A stretch of DNA of 63,677 nucleotides, counting the filler, from Octopus bimaculoides (lineage: Eukaryota): assembly GCF_001194135.2 (NCBI RefSeq). It is 6 parts of 6 records of this genome, joined end to end, with 100 filler letters (N's around TTAATTAATTAA, not from the genome) between each part and the next. Parts side by side here need not be neighbours in the genome. Positions count along the whole stretch, not along the records: positions 15,544 to 46,919 come from NC_068995.1; 5 more parts are not named here. One strand, 5' to 3'. Below the pieces are notes generated by a model. That model did not search any database. It was not told the DNA's origin and worked only from the letters and a program-made list of their open reading frames with translations. This document shows, one piece after another, positions 27,925-40,393 of this stretch (the stretch's first letter is position 1; each line of letters begins with the position of its first letter). A program made the position numbers and the translations under genes.

Positions 27925-28050
27925 GCAGGTTCTAATGAATTAAGCATGTAAGAAGACTCTTCGTAGTCGCTAGATCCGGTAGAAATAGAAGCCATTTCTT
28001 CCTCAACTTATAGTCTGCCGCTTTAAATAAAGGAGGACACGTTAACTTAG
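27925..28050 (+). mobile_element. Short interspersed repeat, family C (GTCGCTAG.TCCGGTAGAAATAGCAGCC core)
   Basis: Same core at 28735-28870 (+) and 41020-41250 (-); partial cores near 10560, 12200 and 12560. Confidence 0.6.
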
Positions 28051-28152
28051 TCTAAATTTCACACTTTCCTGAAAAAAAAACATATGATGGAATGGTCACT
28101 GCTAGAATGCATTGCACTCCGGTTCTAAAGGATCATTTAAGAAAACTCACCA

Positions 28153-28569
28153 GACGCAGGAGTGGCTGTGTGGTAAGTAGCTTGCTTACCAACCACATCG
28201 TTCCGGGTTCATTCCCACTGCGTGGCACCTTGGGCAAGTGTCTTCTACTATAGCCTCGGGCCGACCAAAGCCTTGTGAGTGGATTTGGTTGACGGAAACT
28301 GAAAGAAGCCCGTTGTATATATGTATATATATATATATATATGTATGTATATGTGTTTGTGTGTCTGTGCTTGTCCCCCCAGCATCGCTTGACAACCGAT
28401 GGTGGTGTGTTTACGTCCCCGTAACTTAGCGGTTCGGCAAAAGAGACCGATAGAATAAGTACTAGGCTTCCAAAGAATAAGTCCTGGGCTCGATTTGCTC
28501 GACTAAAAGGCGGTGCTCCAGCATGGCCGCAGTCAAACCACTGAAACAAGTAAAAGAGTAAAAGAGAGT
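28153..28569 (+). mobile_element. Near full-length tRNA-derived SINE, family A
   Basis: A-box-like TGGCTGTGTGGTAAG, B-box-like GGTTCATTCCC, CCTTGGGCAAGTG core, internal (TA)n(TG)n, and a (TAAAAGAG)n tail. Several other copies occur in the window. Confidence 0.92.
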
Positions 28570-28734
28570 ATCGTAAGATCTGGTAAAAGTAACAGCTAAT
28601 TTTCCCTCCATTTATATTCATCCATCTTAAATAGGTGAAAGATACTTTAAACCTTAATTTCAGAGTTGTTGAAATAAGAGGCAATTTTCCCTCAATTTAG
28701 ATTCTGCTGGCTTATATATAGGAAAGACACGCTT

Positions 28735-28870
28735 AGTCTCAATTGCACAGTCTCTCAAAACATAACTGATGCGATGATTATGGTTATAACGCTTTTCGTG
28801 CAGGTTCTAAGGATTTAAAAAGGAAGAGAAACTCCTTGCAGTCGCTAGGTCCGGTAGAAATAGCAGTCCA
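28735..28870 (+). mobile_element. Short interspersed repeat, family C
   Basis: Similar to 27925-28050 (GTGCAGGTTCTAA ... GTCGCTAGGTCCGGTAGAAATAGCAG). Confidence 0.6.
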
Positions 28871-29337
28871 ATTACTATTACACTAGTGTTTTTACCGAGT
28901 GTAATATATGGGTGCGGGCAAAAGGAAATTTTACCCTTAATTTATATAGCAATAAGAAAATGGAGGGGAATATGTGGTACTCATCAACTTGCAGACATTG
29001 TATTATGACAATTTGCCTGTTTATTTTCAAACTAAGAGGACAGGAAAATAAAAACAATAGACAAACGCATATGACATATTATGTCATATCAGTAATAAAA
29101 AATTAAAAAGGATATCTAGTGACCGAAGAAGGAACAATGTCTTACAGCTGTTTCAGCCTAGGGGTGATATGCCTCATTCTATATAACTCCAGTAAACTGG
29201 AGTAATTGATAGATGAAATGGATGAAAATAGAGGTACATGTATGGTTCTCTAGGCCTCTTTAGAGATTTACAAAGTTCATGGAGTTAATTAACAGTATAC
29301 AAATATAAACATATATATGTATATTCATATATATACT

Positions 29338-29379
<42 letters not shown>

Positions 29380-29394
29380 CATATAAATACACAC

Positions 29395-29455
<61 letters not shown>

Positions 29456-29469
29456 CAGACATTGTGAAG

Positions 29470-29752
29470 ACTCTTCAGTCGTTGACGACGGATGAGCGGT
29501 GCCCAATTTCTTGCTGGACAACATGGACAAATGATTTGTGTGTAGTGATCAAATGATCGTGCTGTATATGACATTAGCTCACAGCCTCCATCAAATCGTT
29601 GCCAGTACAGGTGCACTGTGTGCCACGTGTCTGATGTCGAAATGAACTCAGAGTAACGTGAAATGAAAGTGTTTTGCTCGACAACACAACGCACCACTCA
29701 GTCCGGAAATTGAAAACACGATCTCATCATCCTGAGAGCAGCAACCTCACTA
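29470..29752 (-). mobile_element. tRNA-derived SINE of a third family (D), CORE-like middle
   Basis: Minus strand has a B-box-like GTTTTCAATTTCCGG followed by GTGTTGTCGAGCAAAACACTTTCATTTCACGTTACTC. The same motif appears on + at 43375-43435. Confidence 0.65.
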
Positions 29753-29773
29753 GTGTGTTTGTGTGTGTGTGTT

Positions 29774-29810
<37 letters not shown>

Positions 29811-30374
29811 NNNNNNNNNNNNNNNNNNNNNNNNNNNNNNNNNNNNNNNNNNNNNNNNNNNNNNNNNNNNNNNNNNNNNNNNNNNNNNNNNNNNNNNNNN
29901 NNNNNNNNNNNNNNNNNNNNNNNNNNNNNNNNNNNNNNNNNNNNNNNNNNNNNNNNNNNNNNNNNNNNNNNNNNNNNNNNNNNNNNNNNNNNNNNNNNNN
30001 NNNNNNNNNNNNNNNNNNNNNNNNNNNNNNNNNNNNNNNNNNCATACATATTTACATGATTATATATATATATATACATATATAGATTTGCAGATAGATA
30101 GATAGATAGATAGATACATACATACATACATACATACATACATACACACATACATACATACATACATACATACATTTGCAGACAACACATGTATATAGAT
30201 ATATGCATGCATATATGTATGTGTGTATGTATATATATATTTTTCATATATACATATATATATATAGATAGATATAGATATATATACACGTGTATACATG
30301 TATATACACATAGAAATGTATATATGTGTTTATAGATGTATGTATGTATGTGAACTTATTTCTGTCACTTATTG

Positions 30375-31200
30375 TAATCCATCCATCCATGTACCATTAT
30401 ATTTGTCCATCATTGCAATCAAGTTATCTAGTCACCCGCATAGCCATCCATCTGTTCAACTGATCGCTCATCCAGTTCGTTCATCCACCGTTCCATCCGT
30501 CCATCATTCCAATCATCTGGTTATCTTATCACTTATACAACTATCATTTCATCCATTCATTCCTGCATCCATCCATCCATCCATCCATATGTCCTTATGG
30601 TCATTCAACTGTTATCTATCCATCCATCCGTCCATCCACCTGTTGATCCATCTGCCGGTCCATCCATCTATCCATTTAACAACCTCTCCATCTCGTTCTC
30701 CAGCCTTCTGTCCGCAACCTCCACCGATTCATCAGTCCATCAATCTATCCATCTATACATTGAACTATCCAACCAGCCGGCCACCCGGGCATTCGTCAAC
30801 TTTTTCCGCCATCCTCTTTCTCTGCGAATCCATCCGATCAGCTAACTCTCTATCGAGTATTCCATCTAACTGGCTACCCATACACCCATTCCTCTACGCA
30901 TCCGTCTACCCGTCCATTCATTCATCCGTTTATCAGGACCATCCGTTCAACTATCTGTCTGTTCGTTAATCTTTTTATCTAACCATCCATTCAAAAACCA
31001 ATCCAAGCGTCTACACACTAATCCATACGTTTAATCCGACTATTTAGCAATCAGATCATCTGCCTGTCCATCCATCCATCCATCCATCCACCGATCAATC
31101 AATCCATCCATCCATGTTTTTAACCAACCACCCGTCTAACCATCCACTCATACGTCCATCTTTCCATTCATTGATGCTGACTACCCAACGATCATTTCGT
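30375..31200. repeat. Decayed (CCAT)n tetranucleotide field
   Basis: Dense CCATCCAT remnants. Confidence 0.85.
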
Positions 31201-31249
31201 CCACACACACAGAAACATTTACGTCCACTTATATATATATATACATTTA

Positions 31250-31300
<51 letters not shown>

Positions 31301-31789
31301 ATGCATACATCTATATAATCCAGCTAGTCAACCATATTTTCATCCATTTCAGCTGACAATCCAGTGATCAGTTGATTCCCCCCACACACACACACATACA
31401 TATACACTTGCACATACACATACATACACATACATACACACACATTCACAAATACATACGTTTACACCCACACATACATACATACATACATGCATACATA
31501 CGTACGTACACGTACATACATTCACATAATCAATCTCTCCATCAAAATTTCCATCCATCATTCCACTCAGCCATTCGTCCATCTGTCAACCCATTTAGTC
31601 ATGCGTCCACACGTCCATCTTGCCCCACACCACCCATCAACAAATCAATCCATCTATTCACACATCCATTCATCAATCCACGCACCCACCACCTGGCTAA
31701 CCATTCACATATCCAATCAGACCCAAATACCAGCCGCACAAGCATGTTGGTGTTTTATTTAGACCCGCTGTTTGACTCAGATTCGGAAG

Positions 31790-32600
31790 CTAACAATGTG
31801 ATGTGATGCGATGGGTTGTGATTGATTTGACGTAGAGGGATGTGATGGATGTGATTCAGGGGGAATGTGACTGAAATGATGTAGTGGGATGTGACTGACG
31901 TAATGTAATGGGATGTGATTTGTGTGATGTGGTGGGATGTCTTTGATGTAATGTAGGAGTGACTGATGTGATGCACTGGGATGAGATTGATGTGATACGG
32001 TGCGATGTGATTGATGTGATATAGTCGGATGTGATTGATGTAATGTAGTGGGGTGAGATTGGTGTGGTGGGATAGGATGTGACTGATGTGATATGGTGAG
32101 TTGTGATTGATCAGATGTAATGGGATGTGAGTGATGTGATTGATATGATTGATGTGATGTGATTGATGTGATGTGATTGATGTGATGTGATTGATGTGAT
32201 GTGATTGATGTGATAGGGTTTGTTATGGGAAGATATAGTGGTTGGGGATAGAATGTGATGGGTAGGATAGAGTGGCATGGAATTGGGTGGCAATAAGATG
32301 ACGTGGGATTTAAGGGCTGCAGTATGATGTGAAAGGATGTGATGAAATATGATGGCACTGGGTGGAACCGGATGGAATATGGTCGGAGTATGATTGACAT
32401 GTGACGGAGTAATATGTGATGAGATGTCTTGAGAAATAGTGATGCAATGAGATGTACTATGGTGTAATGGGACATGTTGGGAAGGCATTAAATGTGATGG
32501 GATATGTCATGGGACGAGATGGAATAGGGTGATATGATGTGATGTGAGGTAATGTCATATGGTATGATGTGATATTATATAATGTGATGACAAAGGATGT
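31790..32600. repeat. Decayed (GATGT)n pentanucleotide satellite
   Basis: Purest core GATGTGATTGATGTGATGTGATT at ~32140-32215. Confidence 0.88.
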
Positions 32601-32728
32601 GATAAATCGTTTAGTCCTGGGAGGTTGGACACGATGCGGATACGCGATGAGAAGATACGAGGAGGACGGGTTGGCTTTAGTAGAAATAGTGATGAAGGGG
32701 CATATATAATATATCGTATTCTCTAATA

Positions 32729-32870
32729 AGTTTGACTTAGCTCCATTTTACGCAAAGTTTCGTAGGCTCCTTGGACGTCAGGTATTTAGAGGCAGCTGGA
32801 ATGCTTGTCGAAATAGGTTCGATTGTAGCAGTCTACGAAACTTCTAAGTAGCATGTAGCTGAGTCAAACT
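32729..32870. mobile_element. MITE-like element with ~43-bp imperfect terminal inverted repeats
   Basis: Left arm AGTTTGACTTAGCT ... AAGTTTCGTAGGCT versus the reverse complement of the right arm AGTTTGACTCAGCT ... AAGTTTCGTAGACT. Confidence 0.55.
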
Positions 32871-32946
32871 GTTATAATATACTGCAATATATGTATCGCC
32901 TACCAATTGTGCTGAGTGCTACTTTCTTTCGTTTATCCACTCTGTC

Positions 32947-33017
<71 letters not shown>

Positions 33018-33382
33018 CACACAGACATGTATGTACATATATNNNNNNNNNNTTTGAGTCTGAACTATTTCCAATGATATAAGGAACAACGATGACGGAA
33101 GCTTAATTATAAAAGCATTGCAGGTCAACGTGTATGACAAGACGGTGCTGTAATTATCGGTAATAACTAGTGAAGATGTACGTGTGTGTGTGTGTGTGTG
33201 TGTCCGTGTGGTGTTTGCGTATGTATATGCATATAGGAGAGTATTCGAAACGTGGCAGTTGTGTGTGAACGTATGTGCTTATACACACGTATTTTGGTAT
33301 GTATGCGTGTATGTGTGTGGTATATGTGCACTGGCGATTTCGAAAGTGTTTACGTGGGCATATATATGAAGTTATATACATA

Positions 33383-33447
<65 letters not shown>

Positions 33448-33973
33448 TTGTGCGTGTGTNNNNNNNNNNNNNNNNNNNNNNNNNNNNNNNNNNNNNNNNN
33501 NNNNNNNNNNNNNNNNNNNNNNNNNNNNNNNNNNNNNNNNNNNNNNNNNNNNNNNNNNNNNNNNNNNNNNNNNNNNNNNNNNNNNNNNNNNNNNNNNNNN
33601 NNNNNNNNNNNNNNNNNNNNNNNNNNNNNNNNNNNNNNNNNNNNNNNNNNNNNNNNNNNNNNNNNNNNNNNNNNNNNNNNNNNNNNNNNNNNNNNNNNNN
33701 NNNNNNNNNNNNNNNNNNNNNNNNNNNNNNNNNNNNNNNNNNNNNNNNNNNNNNNNNNNNNNNNNNNNNNNNNNNNNNNNNNNNNNNNNNNNNNNNNNNN
33801 NNNNNNNNNNNNNNNNNNNNNNNNNNNNNNNNNNNNNNNNNNNNNNNNNNNNNNNNNNNNNNNNNNNNNNNNNNNNNNNNNNNNNNNNNNNNNNNNNNNN
33901 NNNAATAATCCACACAATTAGAAATGATGAATTGCATAAAGGGATTCACAAGCAATGTTATTTATTGTGGCTT

Positions 33974-34008
<35 letters not shown>

Positions 34009-34554
34009 ATGTGTATGTGTGTATATATACACACATATATATACACAGACATATACATAAATATATATATATACATATATATGTATATATACATGTATGT
34101 GCATATTTGTATATATGCATATGTGTGTGTGTCTATATATATATAACTATATACATACCTATATATGCATATATATATATGTGTATGTATATATATGTAC
34201 GTCTATATATGTATATATATATGTATATGTATATTCCGTATATGCGTGCATATACATATACATATTCATCTACATACATACACATACACATATGTATATG
34301 TATTATATATCTGTGTGTGTGTATATTAGTATTCAAGTAAGTGTTTGTGTGTTTATGTGTATGTGTGTCTCTTGTTTGTGTGGGTGCGTGTGTGCATATC
34401 CGAATCTGTGTGCGTGAATATGTGTGTGTGAGCATGTGTATGTGAGCATGTTTTTGCATATATATGTATGTTTTACTGTATGCTAATGTCAGTGTGTATG
34501 TGCGTGTGTGTTTCTGTGCTTGTGCGTTTCTGTGTGTGTGTGTTCGTGTATGCG

Positions 34555-34590
<36 letters not shown>

Positions 34591-34627
34591 GCATGTTGAA
34601 GTCTGTATGTGTACCATTGTTTATATG

Positions 34628-34770
34628 AGAGAGAGTGAGATAAAGATCGAAAGAGAGAGAAAGATCAAGAGAGAGAAAGATCAAGAGAGAGAAAGATCAA
34701 GAGAGAGAAAGATCAAGAGAGAGAAAGATCAAGAGAGAGAAAGATCAAGAGAGAGAAAGATCAAGAGAGA
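34628..34770. repeat. 16-bp minisatellite (GAGAGAGAAAGATCAA)n, about 8 copies
   Basis: Direct reading. Confidence 0.92.
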
Positions 34771-35260
34771 GAGAGGGAGAGAGAGAGGCCGAGAGAAAGA
34801 TCGACAGAGAGAGAGAGTATGGGTGGGTAACTGTCTACCTCCGTCTGCATGCGCCTATGGCAATATCCAAAGGGATTGCCTGCATAAGTGTGTGCATATG
34901 TATTTATAAGACTAAATGATTGTTTGCCCTTGTATGCATGTGTCTGTCTATGTATTCGTTTGTCTATGACTGAGTGACACTGTTTTTGTGAGTGTGCATG
35001 CGTATGTGTGTGTGTCTGTGTATGTTTGTGAGAAGGTGTGTGCGTGTTACCATGTGCTTTTATATGTACATATATATATGCCAATATATGTGATTATATA
35101 TATTGCAATTGTAAGTATATATATATGTGTCTGTCTATGAGCGTCTGTATGGACGTGTGTATATATGTGTAAGTTTGTATGCTTATATATTCTACTATAT
35201 ATATTGCATGTCCACACACCCGCACATAATGCATAAACATACAGTGACACACACACGCAC

Positions 35261-35310
<50 letters not shown>

Positions 35311-35792
35311 GAAAATGTGCACCTGTGTATATATGCATATGTAAATGTGTGTATAAATATATATAAGGGTGTGAGTGCATATACATATGTGTGTGTATGC
35401 ATATGTAAATATGTGTATAAATATATGTAAGGGTGTTGTGAGTGCATATACATATGTGTGTCTATGCGTGTGTGTATGTATATATATATGTGTGTGTGTG
35501 TTTTTTGTGTGTGCGCGCATATGTGTGTGAGCTTAGCTTTGTGTGCGAGCGAGCGCATCTTTGTGTGTGTGTGTATTTGTATATATGTGTATGTGTGTAT
35601 TTGTATATATATATATATATGTATGTGTGTATTAGTGCGTAGTCATCAGTATAACGTCCAATGCTAATTTAATATTGTCTTCTGTGCTCCTGGACAAACG
35701 CCAGCTCGCCCTAAACTTCACTTTTATACTATTGATGATAATTAAACGTGTGATATTCAGTTTTCAGTAGTTGAAAGGGATTTAACATTGAA

Positions 35793-35965
35793 AGATGGCC
35801 GCCATCGACGAAGACGGCGCAGCGAAGAGACAGCAATGGCGGCGACGTCGACGTCGACGTCGACGACGACAACCATCCGCCGATGACTTCGCTGCCGCCA
35901 CTGCGATGGTCACCGTCGCTACTGTTGCTGCGATCGCCATCACCGCCGCCTCGGCTATAATGACG
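35793..35965. other. Short CpG-dense island containing palindromic (GACGTC)n
   Basis: GGCGGCGACGTCGACGTCGACGTCGACGACGAC and many GCC/CGC triplets in an otherwise AT-rich window. Confidence 0.8.
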
Positions 35966-36059
35966 TCTTTCCGTTTGGGGCAATTATACAACAGTTAAAG
36001 GCGGTCTTTGGCTAGTTTAGTAATTCTATTAACGCCGAAGTATTCGTGGTAATAAACGA

Positions 36060-36618
36060 TAATAGTAGTGGGGGTGTGGGGGTAATAGTAGTGCTAGTGG
36101 TGGTGGTGGTGGTGGTGGTCACGTCACGGTGGTTGAGATGGTGATGTTAGTCGATGTGGCGGGGGTGGGGGTGGCAAGCGTCGGCGTGGTAGCTTGGTAT
36201 TCGTAGCGTTGAAGATGTATGGAGTTGTGGTACTTGTGATGTGGTGGTGGCGGTGGTGGCGGTGGTGGTGGTGGTGGTGGTTGCTCGGNNNNNNNNNNNN
36301 NNNNNNNNNNNNNNNNNNNNNNNNNNNNNNNNNNNNNNNNNNNNNNNNNNNNNNNNNNNNNNNNNNNNNNNNNNNNNNNNNNNNNNNNNNNNNNNNNNNN
36401 NNNNNNNNNNNNNNNNNNNNNNNNNNNNNNNGAGTTAGTGGTAGTGGCATAGGTGGGGGGTTGTGATGATGATGATGATGACGATGATGATAGTAGTGGT
36501 GATGGTGGTGTTTGTGGTGGTGGTGGTGGTGAAGATTACTAGCGGTGTTATTCGCGGTAATCAGGAAAAATCATGATGACAAGGTGAAGGTTGTAGTACT
36601 GGCATTATCAACAACAGC

Positions 36619-36680
<62 letters not shown>

Positions 36681-36687
36681 CAGCAGC

Positions 36688-36722
<35 letters not shown>

Positions 36723-37110
36723 CAGTAGTAGTAGTTGTTGTTGTAGTAGTAGTAGTAGCAACAATAGTAGTAGTAGTTGTAGTAGTAGTGGTAGTAGTAG
36801 TAGTAGTAGTTGTTGTTGTTGTTATTGTTGTTGTTGTTAATTTCTTGTGGCAGTGATGTTTGCCGGTATGGTGGTAGTGGCGGCGGCGGCGATGGTGGTG
36901 GTGGTGGTGGTGGTGGTGGTGGCTATGGTGGTGGTGGCTATGGNNNNNNNNNNNNNNNNNNNNNNNNNNNNNNNNNNNNNNNNNNNNNNNNNNNNNNNNN
37001 NNNNNNNNNNNNNNNNNNNNNNNNNNNNNNNNNNNNNNNNNNNNNNATGGTGGTGGTGGTGGTTGTGGTGGTGGTGGTGGTGGTGGTGGTGTTGGTGGTG
37101 GTCGTGGGTT
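36060..37110. repeat. Compound trinucleotide microsatellite cluster (GGT, GAT, GTA, GCA, GTT)
   Basis: Direct reading; two N gaps inside. Confidence 0.93.
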
Positions 37111-37382
37111 GGATAATTACTCTTGAGACGGTTGCCATGTTTATCGAAGCAATCCTTTTGGTTCCGCTAATTATTTGTGTGCGACATACGTTTTTCTCGA
37201 ATAACCCTCTGCCTGCATACATATCCACGCACATACACACTCCCATACACACATACGTATGTATGTGTGTATGTATGCATGTACGTATGTATATATGTAC
37301 ATATATATTGAATATATGTGTGTGTGTATGCATGTATGCAATATATACATATATATATACTTATATGCATTTTCATATATGC

Positions 37383-37414
<32 letters not shown>

Positions 37415-37719
37415 AGAAATAAAGAAATAAAGATATAGATACATGTACATATATGTAATGTATAATATAAATGCGTGCATAGAACTGAAAAAAATGTACA
37501 AACAAGCAGAAGATTCCAATACGCTATATAGAGTATATATGTATGTTAGTAATTAATTATTCCAATGCAGGTACCACCCCAGAACGGCCGCAGTCCAATG
37601 ACTGAAACAAGTAAAATGATAACGATAAAAGAAACAACTCTGCGTCTGGTAATTTGATCACGTGAGAGAATTTAATGTGTATTGGTAGGTACAGGAAAGG
37701 AAACCGATATTAATTTTAA

Positions 37720-38620
37720 GCGAATGTTATCTTTCGGTAGTAAGAAAAATAGCTTCTTGACTCTCACTGACTGAAACTCGTCGCTTGAGACATTCTTTCG
37801 TATTTTTATTTGGAGCATAATGCAAACTGCTTTAGGATGTGTAGCATATTGGACAGGCAAAGCTAGCAGTTCCATGATCACTAGTATATAACGGAGGCGG
37901 AAACTGTCAAAGGTGCTCCGGGTTAAGTCCGGTAATACTGCACTCGTTTGCTTGATTGCTAAGTTTCCAAATGGAATAAACTAGAGAAGTGGGCTTCCTC
38001 CCGGTATACAATCTTCAAGGTGTGAAGATTTTGAATATATCGTCATTTGAAATTGTTTACGGCGTGACTTGTAGTCTTCCTCTTGATAGTATCCGGTTGA
38101 TTGAGCGTTGCTCTGAATACCACGGTCTCGGAAAGACAATGGCATTGTAGTGGACAATTAGTTCCATTTCAAAAATTGCAGGTGGGCTACTAGGTTTGCT
38201 GTGCAAATGTGCATATTTTCGGTTGTGGCATGTAATGTACTGAACAATGTCGTCAAGACTGGTAAAGTAACATTTACCTCTCTTGACAACACTTTCTACT
38301 GAAAAATTTGTGTAGAGGAGTTTGTTGTATTTATATGTAGTCGGGAAGTGTTGCTTTATGAGAGCCAGAATATTAGCATTGAAGTCTCAGCTATGAGATT
38401 CATTAAACCAGAAAACTTCCCATTTCCTAGTTCTCATCGGATACGGATTTTGAGAATTTTCTTTCATATCTACTAACAGTATGGCGATTCATCAGCAAAA
38501 ATATTCGAAAACACTCGAGAAAGGATTGGCAACAGTAAATCGAGAAATGATTTCCTTTAACAACATATCGAGGTTTTAATGATTGCTAAATCATTCGTGT
38601 GAAAATGCATCATATTTTCA
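37720..38620 (-). pseudogene. Decayed Penelope-like element C-terminal region (post-RT linker plus GIY-YIG)
   Basis: Minus frame: RTRKWEVFWFNESHS*DFNANILALIKQHFPTTYKYNKLL ... HNRK (cf. RKRNIIWFNPP ... LIDKHFP ... HN), then RKPTSLVYSIWKL ... CPIC ... NKNTKECLKRR. Same architecture as 55440-56300. Confidence 0.6.
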
Positions 38621-38764
38621 TTTCTTCATTCAGAAGTGCGAAAATACGTGACTTTATTATTTATACAATTCAATGATCCGAAATACTTAATTCATCACAT
38701 CAATACAAGGTACATGAGACTTTTGATCACGGGAAAATGGAGTCTTACTGTCGTTGAATATCTC

Positions 38765-38968
38765 ATCTTTTATCTTTTACTTGTTTCAATCATTAGACTA
38801 TGGCCATGCTTGGGCAACACCTTGGGGAATTTTAGTCGAACGAATCGGCCCTAGCGCTTATTTTAAGCCTGATACTTCTTCATCGTTCAATTTTACCGAA
38901 CCCGTAAGTTACGGAGAAATAAACACACCAACACCGGTTGTCATGGGGTGGTGGGGAAAACACACACA

Positions 38969-39006
<38 letters not shown>

Positions 39007-39281
39007 AAGATATATATATANNNNNNNNNNNNNNNNNNNNNNNNNNNNNNNNNNNNNNNNNNNNNNNNNATATACGATGTTCTTCTTGCATTTAAGATCT
39101 TAAATATAGAACTGGGCTTCTTTTAGTTTCCATCTATTAAATCCACTTACAAGGCGTTAGTCGACCCGAGGCTATATGAGAAAACACCTGCCAAAGGTGA
39201 TACACAGTGGGACTGAACCCAGAACCATGTGGCTGAGAAGGAAACTCCTTACCACACAGCCCACAGCCACTCCTGCACCTA
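38765..39281 (-). mobile_element. Full-length SINE family A spanning a small gap
   Basis: Tail at 38765-38960, internal (CA)n(TA)n, and head ending CACAGCCACTCCTGCACC at ~39280. Confidence 0.88.
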
Positions 39282-39694
39282 TATGAATATGCTTGAAATA
39301 TATGACTTTCCGAGTATGGCATGTCCATTCTGCCGCAAATTTCATTTGATCGCCAGTTGGTTGTTAGAGATTCCTTCCCAAACAGCGGGAGGAGACCCTG
39401 CAGGTATTCATCAATTCAGAAATTTTATCTAAAATTGCGAACGGCTACAGTAAAATGCTATACCTCGCTGAATGGCTGATATTTTCCTTCCGGGGCTATA
39501 CACGTACAGAGTTCTGCATGTTCTTGAAAGCGGAACACCTCTAAGATTAACGCTTTCAATATTTCTGTTTTTGCTATATATTGACTTGGTGGTTCTCGCA
39601 TAACCATTTAGCAGGTACGATGAGGTCTATGTCCCACTGAAAAATTGCATGTATATCTAAGCATAGCCGATGTATTTTTCGAAACACTGAAAGT

Positions 39695-39918
39695 AATACA
39701 GATTTCAACTTCTGGCACATGGCCAGCAATTTCAATAGAGTAGGGAGTCGGTTATATCGACCCCCATCTCCAGTACACAACTGGTATTTATTTTATTAAC
39801 CCCGAAAGGATGAAAGGTAAAGTCTACCTCGGCAGAATTTGAACTCAGAACATAGGCACGGACGAAAGGCTGCTGAGCTTTATGCCCGGCGTGCTAACGA
39901 TTCAACCAACTCGCCGCC

Positions 39919-39920
<2 letters not shown>
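39695..39920 (-). mobile_element. tRNA-derived SINE family B, intact (unoccupied) copy
   Basis: Minus strand: GGCGGCGAGTTGG ... GTTAGCACGCCGGGC ... GAGTTCAAATTCTGCCGAGGTAGACTTTACCTTTCATCCTTTCGGGG. The central segment resembles the MetaSINE Meta domain from memory (unverified). Confidence 0.9.
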
Positions 39921-39967
<47 letters not shown>

Positions 39968-39974
39968 CAGTTTT

Positions 39975-40165
39975 TTTTCTGCTCTAGGCACAAGGCCCGA
40001 AATTTTGGGGGAGGTGGCCAGACAATTAGATCGATCGCTGTATGAAACTGGTACTCAATTTATCGACTCCGAAAGGATGGAAGGGAAAGTCGACCTCAGT
40101 GGAATTTGAACTCAGAACGTAAAGACAGACGAAATACAGCTAAGCATTTCGCCTGGCGTGCTAAT
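39975..40165 (-). mobile_element. SINE family B, intact copy showing the empty target ATGCTTAGCTGTATTTCGTCTGTC
   Basis: Reverse complement reads TGGCAGAAACATTAGCACGCCAGGCGAAATGCTTAGCTGTATTTCGTCTGTCTTTACGTTCTGAGTTCAAATTCC ... CCTTGTGCCTAGAGCAGAAAAAA. Confidence 0.92.
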
Positions 40166-40359
40166 GTTTCTGCCAATAATAATAAATATCTTAATGCTAT
40201 AAACAGTATTGTCTTTTATATTCGCGCAAATAACATTTAAAAGAACTTTATTCACCGAAACATTTCTAATTTTGTACACCAGCTAGTCTATGTTATTGTA
40301 TATTTACTAAATAATTCTCTCATCGTTATTTCGATGAAAACAATGAAGTATAAAGTTTT

Positions 40360-40393
40360 CTGATGAGGTAAAATAAAACCGAAACATATTGTA
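40360..40393 (+). ncRNA. Candidate minimal type I hammerhead ribozyme core (PLE-associated type), stem I decayed
   Basis: CTGATGA, then GGT/aaaataaa/ACC (stem II), GAAA, C-A/tat/T-G (stem III), and a GTA cleavage triplet. Only about 2 bp of stem I can form. Confidence 0.4.

Noticed and set aside
28153-28240. tRNA-like A/B box sequences at SINE heads
   Set aside because: No cloverleaf could be built, and they continue into SINE bodies present in multiple copies, so they are not called tRNA genes.
35795-35998. 67-aa ORF MAAIDEDGAAKRQQWRRRR... as a gene
   Set aside because: Low-complexity, no recognisable domain and no supported splice structure. Kept only as part of the CpG-island observation.
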